Assembly (NCBI RefSeq): GCF_009914755.1
Contig: NC_060926.1
DNA length: 64,000 bases
From: the human T2T-CHM13v2.0 reference genome, Homo sapiens
Reading direction: 5' to 3' (one strand)
Part shown: piece by piece, positions 1-13,374 of the stretch
How the letters are laid out: each line of letters opens with the position of its first letter
Numbering within the stretch: position 1 is the stretch's first letter
The notes under the pieces: model-generated
Database searches by the model: none
What the model saw: the letters and a program-made list of their open reading frames with translations, nothing else
Told to the model about the DNA's origin: nothing
Made by a program: the position numbers and the translations under genes

Positions 1-143
1 TCATGAAGGCCCAGCCCTCATGGCCTCATCTAACCCTCATCACCTCCCAAAGGCCCAGTCTCCAAATACCAGCACATTGGTGGGGTGAGGAATTAGAGCT
101 ACAACATGTGAATTTTGGAGGGAGACAAACATTCAGTCTGTAG
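1..143 (-). mobile_element. MaLR (MLT1/MST-type) LTR fragment
   Basis: Motifs cacctcccaaaggccc...ctccaaatacca..acattgg...caacatgtgaattttgga...aaacattcag are typical of the MaLR LTR end. Confidence 0.7.
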
Positions 144-439
144 GACCATTCTACTTTCTATTCCTGGCTGTGGGATTAATGTCCCTGTGGCCCCCACCCA
201 CCCACTCACCCACGCACCATATGCCATTTAAGGATTTCATGGACTGTCTCAGGTCAGAAACTGCTTGGACAGATCACAGCTGTCCTTTCCCCTTCACTCT
301 TCCCTCCCAAGTCTTGGATTTGTTGTCAGGAGACATCATCCAGTGCAAAGGAAGAACACCATGGATTTACTGCCTGCTTGTGCGCTACCTCATTGCATCC
401 TTAAAACAACCCTGTGTGGTGTTGGCAGGTGGGTGGTGG

Positions 440-535
440 CATTTCTGTTGTCACAAATGAGGAAGAGGGTTGAATAAAGTTGAGTAATTTGCCCAAGGCC
501 AGTAGATGAGTGGCCTCTGGGACTTGGAAGTCTGT
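440..535 (-). mobile_element. MIR fragment
   Basis: acaaatgaggaa...gttgagtaatttgcccaaggcca matches the MIR core in antisense. Confidence 0.55.
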
Positions 536-1032
536 ATTTTGCTTTGCATTTCATCTGTTAACCTGGAAAAGGCTTCAGGGGGTTGGAGTGGGAGGAGAGC
601 CTTCTGCAGGCCTCTTACTCTCAATCCTGTGGCTCTCAGAGTTGCTTCTCCCTCTGTGCATGTCCATTTCTGCAGCACAGCAGGGCCATGCCCACGGCTC
701 CCCACCACTGCCCTTGAGAACTGGGAAGCAGTCATTCCTTTGCTGGTTTTCTCAGGAGGCCTGTTGTGTTGTGGTATGGCTTCCTTGCAAACAAGTGCAT
801 GCACACTCTGATACGTTTTTAAAAAAAAAAGATGCAAATCACTGCTTCAGCTGCTTTGCAGACAGTTAGAACCTACAGGATTAGATGGGCTCTGTTATAA
901 GGGGACATCTCTCTTGAAATTTTTTTGGACTTACGGACATTTAATTCAGATGCAGTGAACCCAGTTTTTCTGTTCATTTTAAGATTGATATGCTTTTTCT
1001 TTTTTTGGATGACAGAAGTGTATTTGTGGGGT

Positions 1033-1181
1033 TTTTTTGTTGTTGTTTTTGTTTTTTTTTTTTTGGGATATGATCTCACTGTGTTGTCCGGGCTAGTCTC
1101 AAATCCCTGGTCTCAAGAGATCCTCCCATGTCAGCTTCCTGAGTTGCTGGGATTTACAAGCATGTATCACCACAGCCAGCT
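1033..1181 (-). mobile_element. Alu monomer (FLAM-like)
   Basis: T-rich tail followed by a single diverged antisense Alu arm. Confidence 0.75.
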
Positions 1182-3359
1182 AGAGTGCACATTTTTAAGG
1201 GCAGTTTGAGGTTGGAGGGAGGAGGGTGGTGATTGATTAAGCCCCCCTGTCGTTCATTTGAATCCTGCATCGCTGATTTAAGTGTTAATCAAATGCCTGT
1301 CTCGCCTGGCTGCGGGGTCCGATCATAGTTACTGACTCGCGCTCATTTTATCAAGATGTATTAATGCTTTGGAGAAGGTGTAGTTGAGATAAACTTTGTG
1401 TGTTTATTTAGTAATCTTTGCTAATACCCTCCTGGCTTTCCACTCCACCCCTTTCTCATCTCAGACATACCATAGGCACCAAGGTGTGGAGCCAGTGAAA
1501 GAACAGGCGCAGCGAACGTTCCGGCAGGCATTGCCGTGCACGGACACACAACTTCACAAGGGCCTCTTGTGCACGTGGGACATGGAGAAAATTGGCCATT
1601 TGTCTGTGGGGTAATGGGCTTTGCTGCAATATGAAAATCTATCAAATGGGTAAAATCAATGACATTGTATCAGAGTTCATGAAAAGTGCCTACTGCACAC
1701 AGTTTAATTCTATTTAATTTTTTTAAGTGGAAAAAAGCAAAGGAAAAATGTTTTAGTTTTCTCTTAAGCTGATTTCGCTCTGCTTTTTCTTAAAAGTGCC
1801 TTTCTAGTTGCCACACAGTGATGTGATCATTATCTGCCACCTCGTCGCCTTGCTGCCTCTGCATGCAGTAAAATACAAAAAAAAGAGAGATAGAGAAAGC
1901 AGGGGAGCTTGTGAAGTATGACTCCCTATCCCAAGACTCATTGCCTGCGATTCGTACCGCTTGACAGTAATGATCTTATTACAGTACTGTGGACCTTGAA
2001 GAGATTTCATGAGGAGAGTGAAAGGACGACCCTCCGTGTAATCAAGTGGCGCTGAATATTCCACGCGTTTTTGATCACACACTGATTGGGCACAGTTTTA
2101 GCCCATCTTCTAGTCAATTATGCATGGCCCCTGTGCTCCTCGAATAGTCGGAAACATTGATGGCTGTTGTCTGGGTTTTGGCAGGCAGCCAGGGGTTTGA
2201 AGTGCCTTGTACATCGTCATCCCAGGATAAGTGCTTTTTAGTTGGAATTGATTACCTTTCTTTGGGTTTTGCTTAATAGCAAAACTGCATTTGGAGAGGG
2301 CTTCAGGTGAAAAATGGACATATTAGCCATTGAGAGCATCCGAACTCCTAGTCAATTTTTAGGCTTCCCTTGTTTCCGTCTAATTTCTGTTTAATGATAC
2401 AGTGTTTGATAATATTTAAGATATCTCACCGCATTTGCCGCTGAGCACACATGTTGAGCGTCGAGGACAGGTTCAATTATGTGGCCACTGTGTTCAGGTT
2501 CCCGGATTGATCCGGGGGAGGCTCTAAGCTTTGAGGAGATCTGGCGGTTAGTTTCCATCTTGGCATAAAAGCATTAATTATCTAAAGATCTTTTCATCTG
2601 CAGGAAAATAGGCAGAGAATTCTTCCTACTGTTGAGTGGTCGCTCCGTGTGACCGTGGAGCTCATGTCAGCATTGCTAGGTTTGGGCTCAGCCTGCTACC
2701 CTGTGCCCAAAAGACTTTCTCCCATTGTTTCCTCCCTCCCCTCGCTATTGAGCTTGAAGTCTGGGGACATTTGAAAGGATGGGATTGTTTCTTACCAAAA
2801 TGAGGCATGATGTTGCCTCTTAAGAAAATCAGACAATTAAACCAATGTTACTATGTAGAAGTGAAAACTGGTATAAACCAAGATTTTTTGCCTCCTCCTG
2901 TTATGCTCTTAATTCTGATTCTTGTCTTACGGATTGTCTTAGAATGATTAGGAAAACTTCTAAGGTGTTTTATTTTTTTGTTTTAACATTTTGTGCAAGG
3001 CTAAGGAATTAGACACCCCAGAGTATGTGATCACTGTGAGATGTTTCTCAAAGTCTGTCTTGAACTTGCCAACACATGCTGCCTCGGGGCCTGTGGTCAC
3101 TAAGCTTATATGAGGGACGAGAGCCGTAGCATTGCTCCAGCAGGTATTTCAATAACTTGATTTGACTCTTCTTAATTAAATAAATAGGTAGCTTTGTTCT
3201 TTGGCTTGATTATTCATTTGGGTCTTTCTTGCTTTCTTCAGGTAGGAATGATTTTCCCCTTCAGTTGGTTTTCTGCAGAAGCCATGATATACTGTAGGCA
3301 TGGTTACCAGAACACCCCTAAGAGAGCTGACCAGAATTTCTAAGTTCATGTTCCATGCG

Positions 3360-3384
3360 TACACACACACACACACACACACAC
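3360..3384. repeat. (CA)n microsatellite
   Basis: About 12 CA units seen directly. Confidence 0.95.
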
Positions 3385-3529
3385 GGTGTTATTTTTTTTC
3401 TTTCTGAATTTCATGAAAATAAAATATTTTCTACCAGAATACACATTTAGTGATGCCTCTTTCAAAGAGGAAATCAATCACGAAACAGAAACTCAGAGTT
3501 GACAATCTATTAGCAATAATATCACTATC

Positions 3530-3755
3530 AATTATTGACCACTGCCATGTGTCAGGCACTGGGCTTAAGTGCTTTACACGCAGCGTCTCATAACCCTCAC
3601 AAGAACCTGGGAGGTGGGTGCCGTTATCCGCATTTTTATAACTGAGGAAACCGAGGGTCATAAAGTTTAAGTAACTTGCTCAAGGCCATAGACGTAGAAA
3701 GCAGCGATAGGGCCACCGATCCAGGCGAGGGCAGCAGTGCTCGCCGCCTCTAACA
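3530..3755 (-). mobile_element. MIR
   Basis: atgtgtcaggcactg...ttatccgcattttt..aactgaggaaaccgagg...aagtaacttgctcaaggcca. Confidence 0.8.
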
Positions 3756-5239
3756 CATCTCCACGGTGACCTTCCCTTCCCTTGGAAGGGGGCGCTTGTC
3801 TTTTCAGCGGTCTTGCCTCCGAATCTTGGCTTGTCTAGGATTCTTCCTACAGAAGAAGTTCATATAAAATAAGGGGTTTTATTATGGGTTATCTGAAGAG
3901 TGTTTCTTAATTTTAATAAGTTAATATTCCAACCATAAAAACTTCTGACATTTTACCCGAGGCTGTGCTTCAGCAGATTGACAGAATGCATTTTTACAGC
4001 ACTTAGAAAATACCAGATCCACGAAGAACAAATGATCAAAGTTTCAAAGGCTGTAATTTTGGAAAGCTGGCATATATAATGATGATCTCTTCGCAGCCTG
4101 GTAATTTTACCTGGACAAGTAAATCCATTTCTCACATTTAAAGAGAATCAAAGAGTCAGTAAACATGCAGAAACACTTTTAGCTGTGAATGCAGAGTAAC
4201 TCTTACAATTAACATATAATTACCTCAACGGGCCAATTAATTAAGCAATTTAAGATCTATAACTATTTTCATGATTTTCCCCCAAAATATTACTTTATTC
4301 TGCACACCGTGGGGACATCAGCTGGGAGGGTCATAGCTAGGAGGTCAGAAGGAAGGGGGGACGATTCATGCAATGAGGCACTGCTGTTGTGGGGTGTTGG
4401 TTTGAAGAACTCATAAATGGTAAAAGTAACCTGTATTATCATTGGTTCTAGGGGACTACTGAAGATAAGAATTTTCAACCTTCCTCTTCGTTGTCTGCTC
4501 TCCCAGGCTCATTGAAGGAACATAGAGAAGGTTTAGGCCCTGTTTCTTTTCGAGCAGCACAGAAATACTTGCCCAGTCCGTTCGTGGAAGGAAAGAACCG
4601 AAGCCAGCCCTTGGCTGCCATTCTTTCCAGACTTCCACCATTGTGCCCTGAGTGGTTCCAGAATGTCATTGATGGGAAATTGGTTTTCTTTCCTTCTGGA
4701 CATTCAAAGATTAATATGTTACTGTCATCAGTGACTTGTTACCTTCTGTTTCTGATTGCCAGCTCATCAGCTTAGTTTGCCCAGGAGAGCCACTTTTTCC
4801 CACGTTCTTTTACTTGAGTTCTGAGACAAGATTTGATACCCATTCATTTATAGGCCAAATCCAGTTCTTATTTTAATTTTTTTTCCCAACCCCTAAAAAG
4901 CATTTGCAAACACTCCTCCACACTGTTCAGATGAGCGATGTGTGAGCATGAGGAGACATTCCTTAAGCCAGCCTGGTCTGTGGAGGTGTGCTCACTGCTG
5001 CAGGGCCATTTGCTGAGCAGGAAGCTGGCCTCAGGGGTCTCCCAGGATGCTGGGGCTGGTGGACGACCCCAGAGAAGGGACAGGATGGGGGGTTATGGAA
5101 GTGCCCAGCAAGGGGAGCTGCAGGAGGGTCTCTTTACAGGTGTGCAAAGGACCAGCGCTGCTGCAGGGAACATGGCTGGGAGGGCATCCACCGGGGCAGG
5201 GGTCTGGGCAAGGGGCTTCTCCCCTTGCTAGGCCCCCTC

Positions 5240-5455
5240 CTTTTGTTCAGCTCCTCCTCTCCAGCACCAACCTCCCATCACTTTCTACATTCTGGCCCCT
5301 TTTTCTCCTTTCCTTCTTTCTCTTCCATTCTCCTTTTTCCTGTAAGACTGTCCTTGCTTCTCTTGTTTAATTTCTTTTTTCTTCTTTTCCCATCCATAAC
5401 CTCATCATTGTCTTTTTCTCCCTTTCTTATTCTCTTTTTTCTTTGAACTTTTTTT
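5240..5455. repeat. Pyrimidine-rich low-complexity tract
   Basis: About 200 nt dominated by C/T on the + strand. Confidence 0.7.
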
Positions 5456-5470
5456 TATTGTGGCAAAATA

Positions 5471-5809
5471 CAGTCATGCATCACATTACAACATTTTGTT
5501 CAATGATGGACCAAGTAATGTGATGGTGGTCCCATGAGATTATAATACCGTGTCCTTACTGTGCCTTTTCTATGGTTAGATGTTTAAATACACACTTCCC
5601 ATTGTGTTGCCACTGCCTACAGTTTTTGATACAGTCACATACTGTATGGGTTTATGCCCTGGGAGCAATAGGCTCTGCACATAGCCTGAGTGTGTGGTAG
5701 CCACACCATCTAGGCTTATGTATGGACTCTGTGATGGTCACACAATGACAAAATCGCCTAACGACACATTTCTCAGAATGCATCACTTAACGATGGGGAT
5801 ACATGGCTG
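5471..5809 (-). mobile_element. Tigger3a/Golem-type DNA transposon (MITE) with TA target duplications
   Basis: TA|CAGTCATG at 5469 and CATGGCTG|TA at 5811. Internal motifs gatggtggtcccatgagattataatacc and aaatcgcctaacgacacatttctcaga match the recalled consensus. Confidence 0.85.
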
Positions 5810-6366
5810 TATGTAACATAAAATTTGCCATTTTAATTGTTTTTAAGTGTTCAATTCAGTGCCGTTGAATTATATTTTCACATTCACAGTGCTGGACAAC
5901 CATGACCGCCATTCCCAAAACATTTTCTTCACTCCAAACAGAAATCTGCTAACCATTAAGCAACAACTCCCCAGCCCCTACTTCTCCCAGCCCCTGTGAC
6001 CTCCAGCCTGCTTTCTGTCTGTGAATTTGCCTCATCTGGATATTTCATATCAAAAGAATCATATGATAGTTGAATATGGATCCTTTTGTGTCTGGCATCT
6101 TATATTTGGCATAATGTTCCATGTTGTAGCATGTGTCTGTACACCATTCTTTTTAAAGGATGGATAATATTCCATAGTGTGGATTTACAACATTTTGTTT
6201 GTTGACAGACACTTGGATTGTTTCCGCCTTTTGGCTGTTATGAAGGATGCTGCGTGAACATTGTCACACAAGTATCTGTTTGAGTCCCTGTTTTCAGTTT
6301 TTCCTAGGGTATAAACCTAGGAGTGGAATTGCTGGGTCATATGGTAACTCTGTTCAACTTTTCAAG
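5810..6366 (-). mobile_element. Old L1M 3' end (begins ~5450, interrupted by Tigger3a and by the L1PA)
   Basis: taacataaaatttgccattttaa, tgtagcatgtgtc, acctaggagtggaattgctgggtcatatggtaactc are L1M 3' motifs. Confidence 0.8.
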
Positions 6367-6382
6367 GAACCACCAAATTCTT

Positions 6383-9018
6383 TTTTTTTTTCCTTTATTT
6401 CTTAAAAAAAAAAAAAAATAGATGCGCAGATTGTGCAGGTTTGTTACATAGGTATACATATGCCATGGTGGTTTGCGGCACCTATTGACCCATTTCTAAG
6501 TTCCTTCCCCTCACCCCCGACCCCCAAACAGGCCCTGGTGTGTATTGTTCCCCGCTCTGTGTCCATGTGTTCTCGATGTTCAATTCCCACTTATGAGTGA
6601 GAACCTATGGTGTTTGACTTTCTGTTCCTGTGTTAGTTCGCCGAGGAAGATGGCTTCCAGCTTCATCCATGTCCTTGCAAAGGACATGATCTCATTCCTT
6701 TTTATGGCTGCATAGTATTCCATGGTGTATATTTAGCACATTTTATTTATCTAGTCTGTCATTGTTGGACATTTGGGTTTGTTCCATGTCTTTGCTATTG
6801 TAAATAGTGCTGCAATAAACATATGTGTGAATGTGTTTTTATAGCAGAATGATTTATATTCCTTTGGGTATATACCTAGTAATAGGATTGCTGGGTCAAA
6901 TGGTATTTCTGGCTCTAGATCCTTGAGGAATCGCCATACTGTCTTCCGCAATGGTTGAACTAATTTACATTCCCACCAACAGTGTAAAAGCATTCCTATT
7001 TCTCCGTAGCCTCACCAGCATCTTTTGTTTCCTGACTTTTTAATAATCACCATTCTAACTGGCATGAGATGGTATCTCACTGTGGTTTTGATTTGCATTT
7101 CTCTGATGATCAGTGAGTTGAGCTTCTTTTTCATATGTTTATTGGCTGCATAAATGTCTTCTTTTGAGAAATGTCTGTTCATATCCTTTGCCCACTTTTT
7201 GATGGGGTTGTTTGTTTCTTGTAAATTTGTTTAAGTTCTTTGTGGATTCTGGGTATTAGCCCTTTGTCAGATGGATAGACTGCAAAATTTTTCTCCCATT
7301 CTGTAGGTTGCCTGTTCACTCTGATGATAGTTTCTTTTGCTTTGCAGAAGCTCTTTAGTTTAATTAGATCCCATTTGTCAATTTTGGCTTTTGTTGCAAT
7401 TGCTTTTGGCATTTTTGTCATGAAGTCTTTGCCCATGTCTATGTCCTGAATGGTATTGGCTAGGTTTTCTTCTAGAGTTTTTATGGTTTGGGTTTTCATT
7501 TAACTCTTTAATTAATCTTGGGTTAATTTTTGTAAAAGGTGTAAGGAAGGGGTCCAGTTTCAGTTTTCTGCATATGGCTAGCCAGTTTTCCGCATATGAC
7601 TAGCCAGTTTTCCCAGCACCATTTACTGAATAGGAAATCCTTTCCCCATTGCTTGTTTTTGTCAGGTTTGTCAAAGATCAGTTGGTTATATATGTGTGGT
7701 GGTATTTCTGAGGTCTCTGTTCTGCTCCATTGGTCTATATGCCTGTTTTGGTACCAGTACCATGCTGTTTTGGTTACTGTAGCCTTGTATATAGTTTGAA
7801 GTCATGTAGTGTGATGCCTCCAGATTTGTTCTTTTTGCTTAGGATTGTTTTGGCTATACAGGGTCTTCTTTGATTCCATATGAAATTTAAAATAGTTTTT
7901 TCCAATTCTGTGATGACTGTCAATGGTAGTTTCATAGGAATAGCATTGAATCTATAAATTACTTTGGGCAGTATGGCCATTTTCATGATATTGATTCTTC
8001 CTATCCATGAGGATGGAGTTTTTTTCCATATTTTTGTGTCCTCTCTTATTTCCTTGAGCAGTGGTTTGTCGTTCTCCTTGCACACGTCCTTCACATCCCT
8101 TGTTAGTTGTATTCCCAGGTATTTTATTGTCTTTGTAGAGATTGTGAATGAGAGTTGATTCATGATTTGGCTCTCTGCTTGCTTATTGTTGGTGTAAAGG
8201 AATGCTTGTGATTTTTGCACATTTATTTTGTATATCCTGAGACTTTGCTGAAGTTGCTTATCAGTTCAAGGAGTTTTTAGGCTGAGATGATGGGGTTTTC
8301 TCAATATAAAATCATGTTGTCTGCAAACAGAGACAATTTGATTTCCTCTCTTCCTATCTGCATACCCTTTATTTTCTTCTCTTGCCTGATCGTCCTGACC
8401 AGAAATTCCATTACTATGTTGAATGGGAGTGGTGAGAGAGAGCATCCTTGTCTTGTACCAGTTTTCAGAAGGAATGCTTCCAGCTTTTGCACATTAAATA
8501 TGATATTGCCTGTGGGTTTGTCATAAATAGCTCTTACTGTTTTGAGATACATTCCATGAATACCTAGTTTATTGAAAGTTTTTAATATGAAGAGATGTTG
8601 AATTTTATTGAAGGCCTTTTCTGCATCTATTGATATAATGATGTGGTTTTTATCTTTGGTTCTGTTTATGTGATGATTTATGTTTATTGATTTGTGTATG
8701 TTGAACCAGCCTTGCATCCCAGGGATGAAGCCGACTTGATCATGGTGGATAAGTGTTTTGATGTGCTGCTGGACTCTTTTTGCCAGTATTTTGTTGAGGA
8801 TTTTTGCATTGATGTTCATCAGGGATATTTGCCTGAAGTTTTCTTTTTTTGTTGTGTCTCTTCCTGGTTTTGGTATCAGGATGATACTGGCTTCATAAAA
8901 TGAGTTAGGGAGGAATGTCTCCTTTTCAATTGTTTGGAATAGTTTCAAAAGGAATGATACCAGCCCTTTGTATTTCTGGTAGAATTCAGCTGTGAATCTG
9001 GTCCTGGGCTTTTTATTG

Positions 9019-9049
<31 letters not shown>

Positions 9050-9724
9050 TTGGTTGGTAGGCTATTAATTACTGCCTCAGTTTCAGAATTTGTTATTTGT
9101 CTATTCAGGGATTTGACTTCTTCCTGGTTTAGTCTTGGTAGGATGTATGTGTCTAGAAATTTATCCATTTCTTCTAGATTTTCTAGTTTATTTGCATAGA
9201 GGTATTTATAGTATTCTCTGATGGTAGTTTGTATTTCTGTGGGGTCAGTGGTGATATCCCTTTTATCATTTTTTATTATGTCTGTTTGATTTTTCTCTCT
9301 TCTTCTTTATTAGTTTAGCTAATGGTCTATCTATTTTGTTAATTTTTTTCAAAAAAACAGCTACTGGATTCATTGATTTTTTTCCCCCCCAAAAAACCAG
9401 CTACTGGATTCATTGATTTTTTTTTTTTTTTTTTGGAGGGTTTTCCTGTCTCTACTCTATCAATTCTTCTCTGATCTTAGTTATTTCTTGTCTTCTGCTA
9501 GCTTTTGGATTAGTTCGTTGTTGCCTCTCTAGCTCTTTCCAATGTGGGCATTTAGTGCTATAAATTTCCCTCTGAACACTGTTTTAGCGGTATCCCAGAG
9601 ATTCTGGTAAGTTATCTCTTTGTTCTCATTGGTTTCAAATAACTTCTTGATTTCTGTCTTAATTTCAGTATTTACCCAAGAGTCATTTAGGAGCAGGTTG
9701 TTCAATTTCCATGTAACTGTGTGA
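6383..9724 (-). mobile_element. 5'-truncated L1PA (L1PA8-like), decayed ORF2 and 3' UTR, with 16-bp TSD
   Basis: Minus-strand ORF2 fragments: 9529-9720 (post-endonuclease), 8301-8948 (RT: [20 protein letters not shown]), 7774-8220, 7179-7499, 6751-6993. Poly-T at 6381. TSD gaaccaccaaattctt (6367-6382) / gaaccgccaaattctt (9725-9740). Confidence 0.95.
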
Positions 9725-9931
9725 GAACCGCCAAATTCTTCTCTTACATCATTCTGTGACTTCACCTTGTCCTCATCCGTTCATGCGTAATACGGAATTA
9801 AAGAAGCTCCTGTAATTAGGCTCCCTCCTAATTACAAAAATAGGTGATATAAACATGTTAAAAATATTGTTGCTTTTTCCAGAAAATCAAACCGAAAGTA
9901 TGCAGAATGTTGGTAGTTAAAACTCCTTTTG

Positions 9932-10252
9932 TTATTTTGTGTTTGTTCGTTTGTTCTGTTTTGTTTTTTGAAACAAGAGTCTCACTCTGTTGCCCAGGCT
10001 GGAGTGTGGTGGCATGATCTCGGCTCACTGAAGCCTCCACCTCCAAAGTTCAAGTGATTCTCCTGCTTCAGCCTCCCGAGTAGATGGGGTTAAAGGTGCC
10101 CACCACCACGCCCAGCTAATTTTTGTGTTTTTAGTAGAGACAGGGCTTCACCCTGTTGGCCAGGCTGGTCTTGAACTCCTGACTTCAGGTGATCCACCTG
10201 CCTCGGCCTCCCAAAGTGGTAGGATTACAGGCGTGAGCCACCGTGCCTGGCC
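9932..10252 (-). mobile_element. AluS, full length
   Basis: Dimeric Alu with TSD taaaactccttttg at 9918-9931 and 10253-10266. Confidence 0.95.
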
Positions 10253-12199
10253 TAAAACTCCTTTTGATTGGTGCGTGGGTGACAATGGATTCCCTGTCCC
10301 TGCTGCCATGAATCAGTCGCACCTGCTTCAGATACTACTCAGAATTTCTTGTCCTTAAATGCCACCCCCAACCCCCGCCCCGAAGTCAGGAAGTGATTTC
10401 TGAACTTTAGCGTAAGTGTTCTCTGGCAGGTATGGCTGTTTTTCTGAGCAGTAGGTACTTAGTCAAGGCATGCAGGCGTTTCTCCTTGTTTTAGTTCATC
10501 TGCAGAGGTCAGCTTTTTCCATTGTCTCTGAAACACTTGCATTTTTCCTGTAACTTTCCAGTAATGAGGGGGCCCAGTGGGTAAATGGAATCTTAAAGAC
10601 GAGAAATGATTATTTTTTTCCCGCCGACTCCACTCTGGCCAAGACGAGCTCTCAGATTGCACTTCAGAATCGGTGATGCGCACTCATTCCCCTGCACCCA
10701 CCCTTTTTTCTGTGGTCAGCATGTGTTTCCCAGACTGGGCGTCACTGTCGCCTCCTTGACTCTCATCACTCACATGGTCCCCCAGCAGGTAACTTGCTTC
10801 AGCGCCACTTTGCCTGGGTGCTGGTGATCCTCCAGTTCTCACACACCTGCACCTTGGGGTCGTTGAGTTTTAGTTTAGGTCTTCCGAGGAATGCACAGAC
10901 CACACGTTGTCAGGCTTCCCTTGGCCAATAATGTGGAGTCTTTTGGTTTTTCTGTTCTTCAGAGTTTGCATCCCCTGAGAATTCCTCTCCTGTGTCCTTC
11001 AAATAATAATGTGAGATGAAGATGATGATGATGGTTGTTGTTATTTAAAACTGCAAGACGTAGGCAATACCAGGTCTTAACAGCTTGTTGTCTGTGGTGT
11101 CTTCCTTCTTCCCTGGAATTAGATATTTTTCGTTCAAGCTGCTGACAGGTATTTATTGACCAGGTACTGTGTAGAGGTCGCTGCTGCGTGTGGCTTCACC
11201 CAGCTCCTCTGCCCATCTGGTGACTTTGCAAGCTCACAATGTCCTGAATGAAAACCTAGTTCCTAAGCCCTTCCCCCAACTGGAACCATGGAGGGAGGAA
11301 GAACAGACCAGGTGAAAACATCAGGAGGAGGGTCCGCAGCTCGATGGTGATGAGTGTAGGGGAGAGGTGGGTGCTGGGACAGGATGAGCTGGGCTGGAGG
11401 AGGGTTTGCCCTAGGGAGGCAGCCCCAGGCAGGGCCTGGGCACACTGGTGGCGTAGCTGAGGGGCTGCCTGCGTGCAAGGAGGACATGAGGCCACATACA
11501 AAGCTTAGGGCCACCCAGGAAGATGTGGGAGAAACTAGAGGGGATTAGGAGAGTTCGGGCTGCACCAGCTCCTGGGTGTTGGTTGGAGAAAGAGTCATGA
11601 ATCAAGGAGCCCAGGAGGACGGGGAATCCCTGGAGGAGGTGGGTCAGTGGGAGGAGGACTGAAGACATTGGCAAGCATCAGTCCGTGCGGGAGACGTGCA
11701 TGGAGTGGAACGGTCACAGCAGCAGCTCACAGGGAGGGACAGCCTCGGAAGAGGAAATCCATGCGTCTTCCTTTTGCCCACAGGAGAAGAGATGAAAGAG
11801 AGGGGAGGGGCTGGCCAGTCAGCAATCTGGACAGTTTAGATCATTCAAATGCGTAGCCGGGGTTGGGAACCAGTGGTTTAGGTTAAGATCAGCTAGATCT
11901 GTGTGAAGGACCAGTGTCTCACGGAGATTCAGACTCATAAAAATGTGGGCCACACCCCAGGACCCACAGCCACACAAGCCGTTCTTATGTTGTCCCAAGT
12001 GCTCTACCGTTAGGATTCCTGTTAAAACCTTTTTTAATGTTTTTCCTACCCTGTCTTATTGGTTTAAATCAAATTGCAGAAAAATAAAAGCTCAAATATT
12101 ATCTGTTATGTCAAAGTTACTATTTGAGCTGTAGATGCTGTTTTCAAAACAGATCATCCTCCTTAAAGCACCCATCTCTCTCCACTGACATGTGCCCCT

Positions 12200-12740
12200 G
12201 TGTCCAGCCGCACCTTCCAGCAGAGTTCCCTGCAAAGACGCTTCCCTGCAGCCTCTGTGGGTCAGGAATTAGAATGGGTGCAGCTAGGAAGGCCTGTGTC
12301 TGCCTCGTGATGTTTGGGGCCTCACCTGGAAGACTCAGAAGCCAGGACTGGCAACATCCCGAATCCCAGTCACTCGTGTGTTTGATGGTTGATGCTGCCT
12401 GTTGGGTGGGACCTAAGCTGGGGCTGTCAGCCAGAACACCTACACATGACCTCTGCAAGTGGCCTGGGCTTCCTTCCAACATGGTGGCTGGGTTCCAAGG
12501 GCAGGCATCACATGAGAGAGGTACATGGCTGGGCAGAAGTCTTGTTTCCTCTGTGACCTTGCCTCAGAGGACACAGAGTGTCAATTTTACTCCATCTGTA
12601 GTCAACACAGTCAGAGTCCCACTTAGGGTCTAGGGTAGCAGAAATAGACTCTGCCTCTGGATAGAGAGTGGCAAGGTTCTAGAAGAGCATGTGGACTAAA
12701 ATATGACCATGGCCATTTTTGGAAAATGTAATTTGCAACA
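12200..12740. mobile_element. MLT1-type (MaLR) solo LTR, old
   Basis: tctgtgggtcaggaatt, gggcttccttccaacatggtggctgggttccaag, ending ...ttttggaaaatgtaatttgcaaca. Confidence 0.75.
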
Positions 12741-13374
12741 GTAAATAAGTGAATGTGTATTATGTCAGATTGTGATCAACACAATGGAACAAGATAGAGT
12801 AAGAGGAATTGGGACCACCAGGGGTGGGGCAAGGTTCTTTTCTGCAAAGGCAGCCAAGCAGGGCTCACCGAGGAGACCACATAGCACAGCCCAGCAAAGG
12901 TGAGGCTGTCGCCAGGTGGCCCTCTGTGGTCGGCATCTTCCTGGCCAGGGAATTGTGTTTGCACTGTTGTGGTGGCCACCTTAAACTGAGTACTTGTTTG
13001 TAGTTAACATCACGTGCTATATGCTTATGTTCTACTGTATTGTGTAAAACAAGCTGAATTTTACCTAGATTTTTGTGTTGTACTTATTCTCTGGTAATAT
13101 GACTGGAGAAGTATTTTATGTCTCAAGAATTATTATGCATTTCTTATTTCTCTGTCCTTTAATTTTGAAGGGTCAGTATAAAAATACTTTATTCAGTATA
13201 TTCTAGCTCATTCTCCACATACAATTATATTCCAATATTTGTAGGGTTTATTCTCTCCAAGCAGCATGATCAATCAGAAAATTGGACAGTTTTAAAAAGT
13301 GGTCCAGAGAACCAGCAAATATGAAGGCAGGCTAATAAAAATGCATATCACTCTAACAGTTTCAAGGCAGTTTC

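Noticed and set aside
6751-9765. Reverse-transcriptase-like ORFs
   Set aside because: Frameshifted fragments of a dead L1 ORF2 with the catalytic FADD mutated to FADN. Not a novel RT system.
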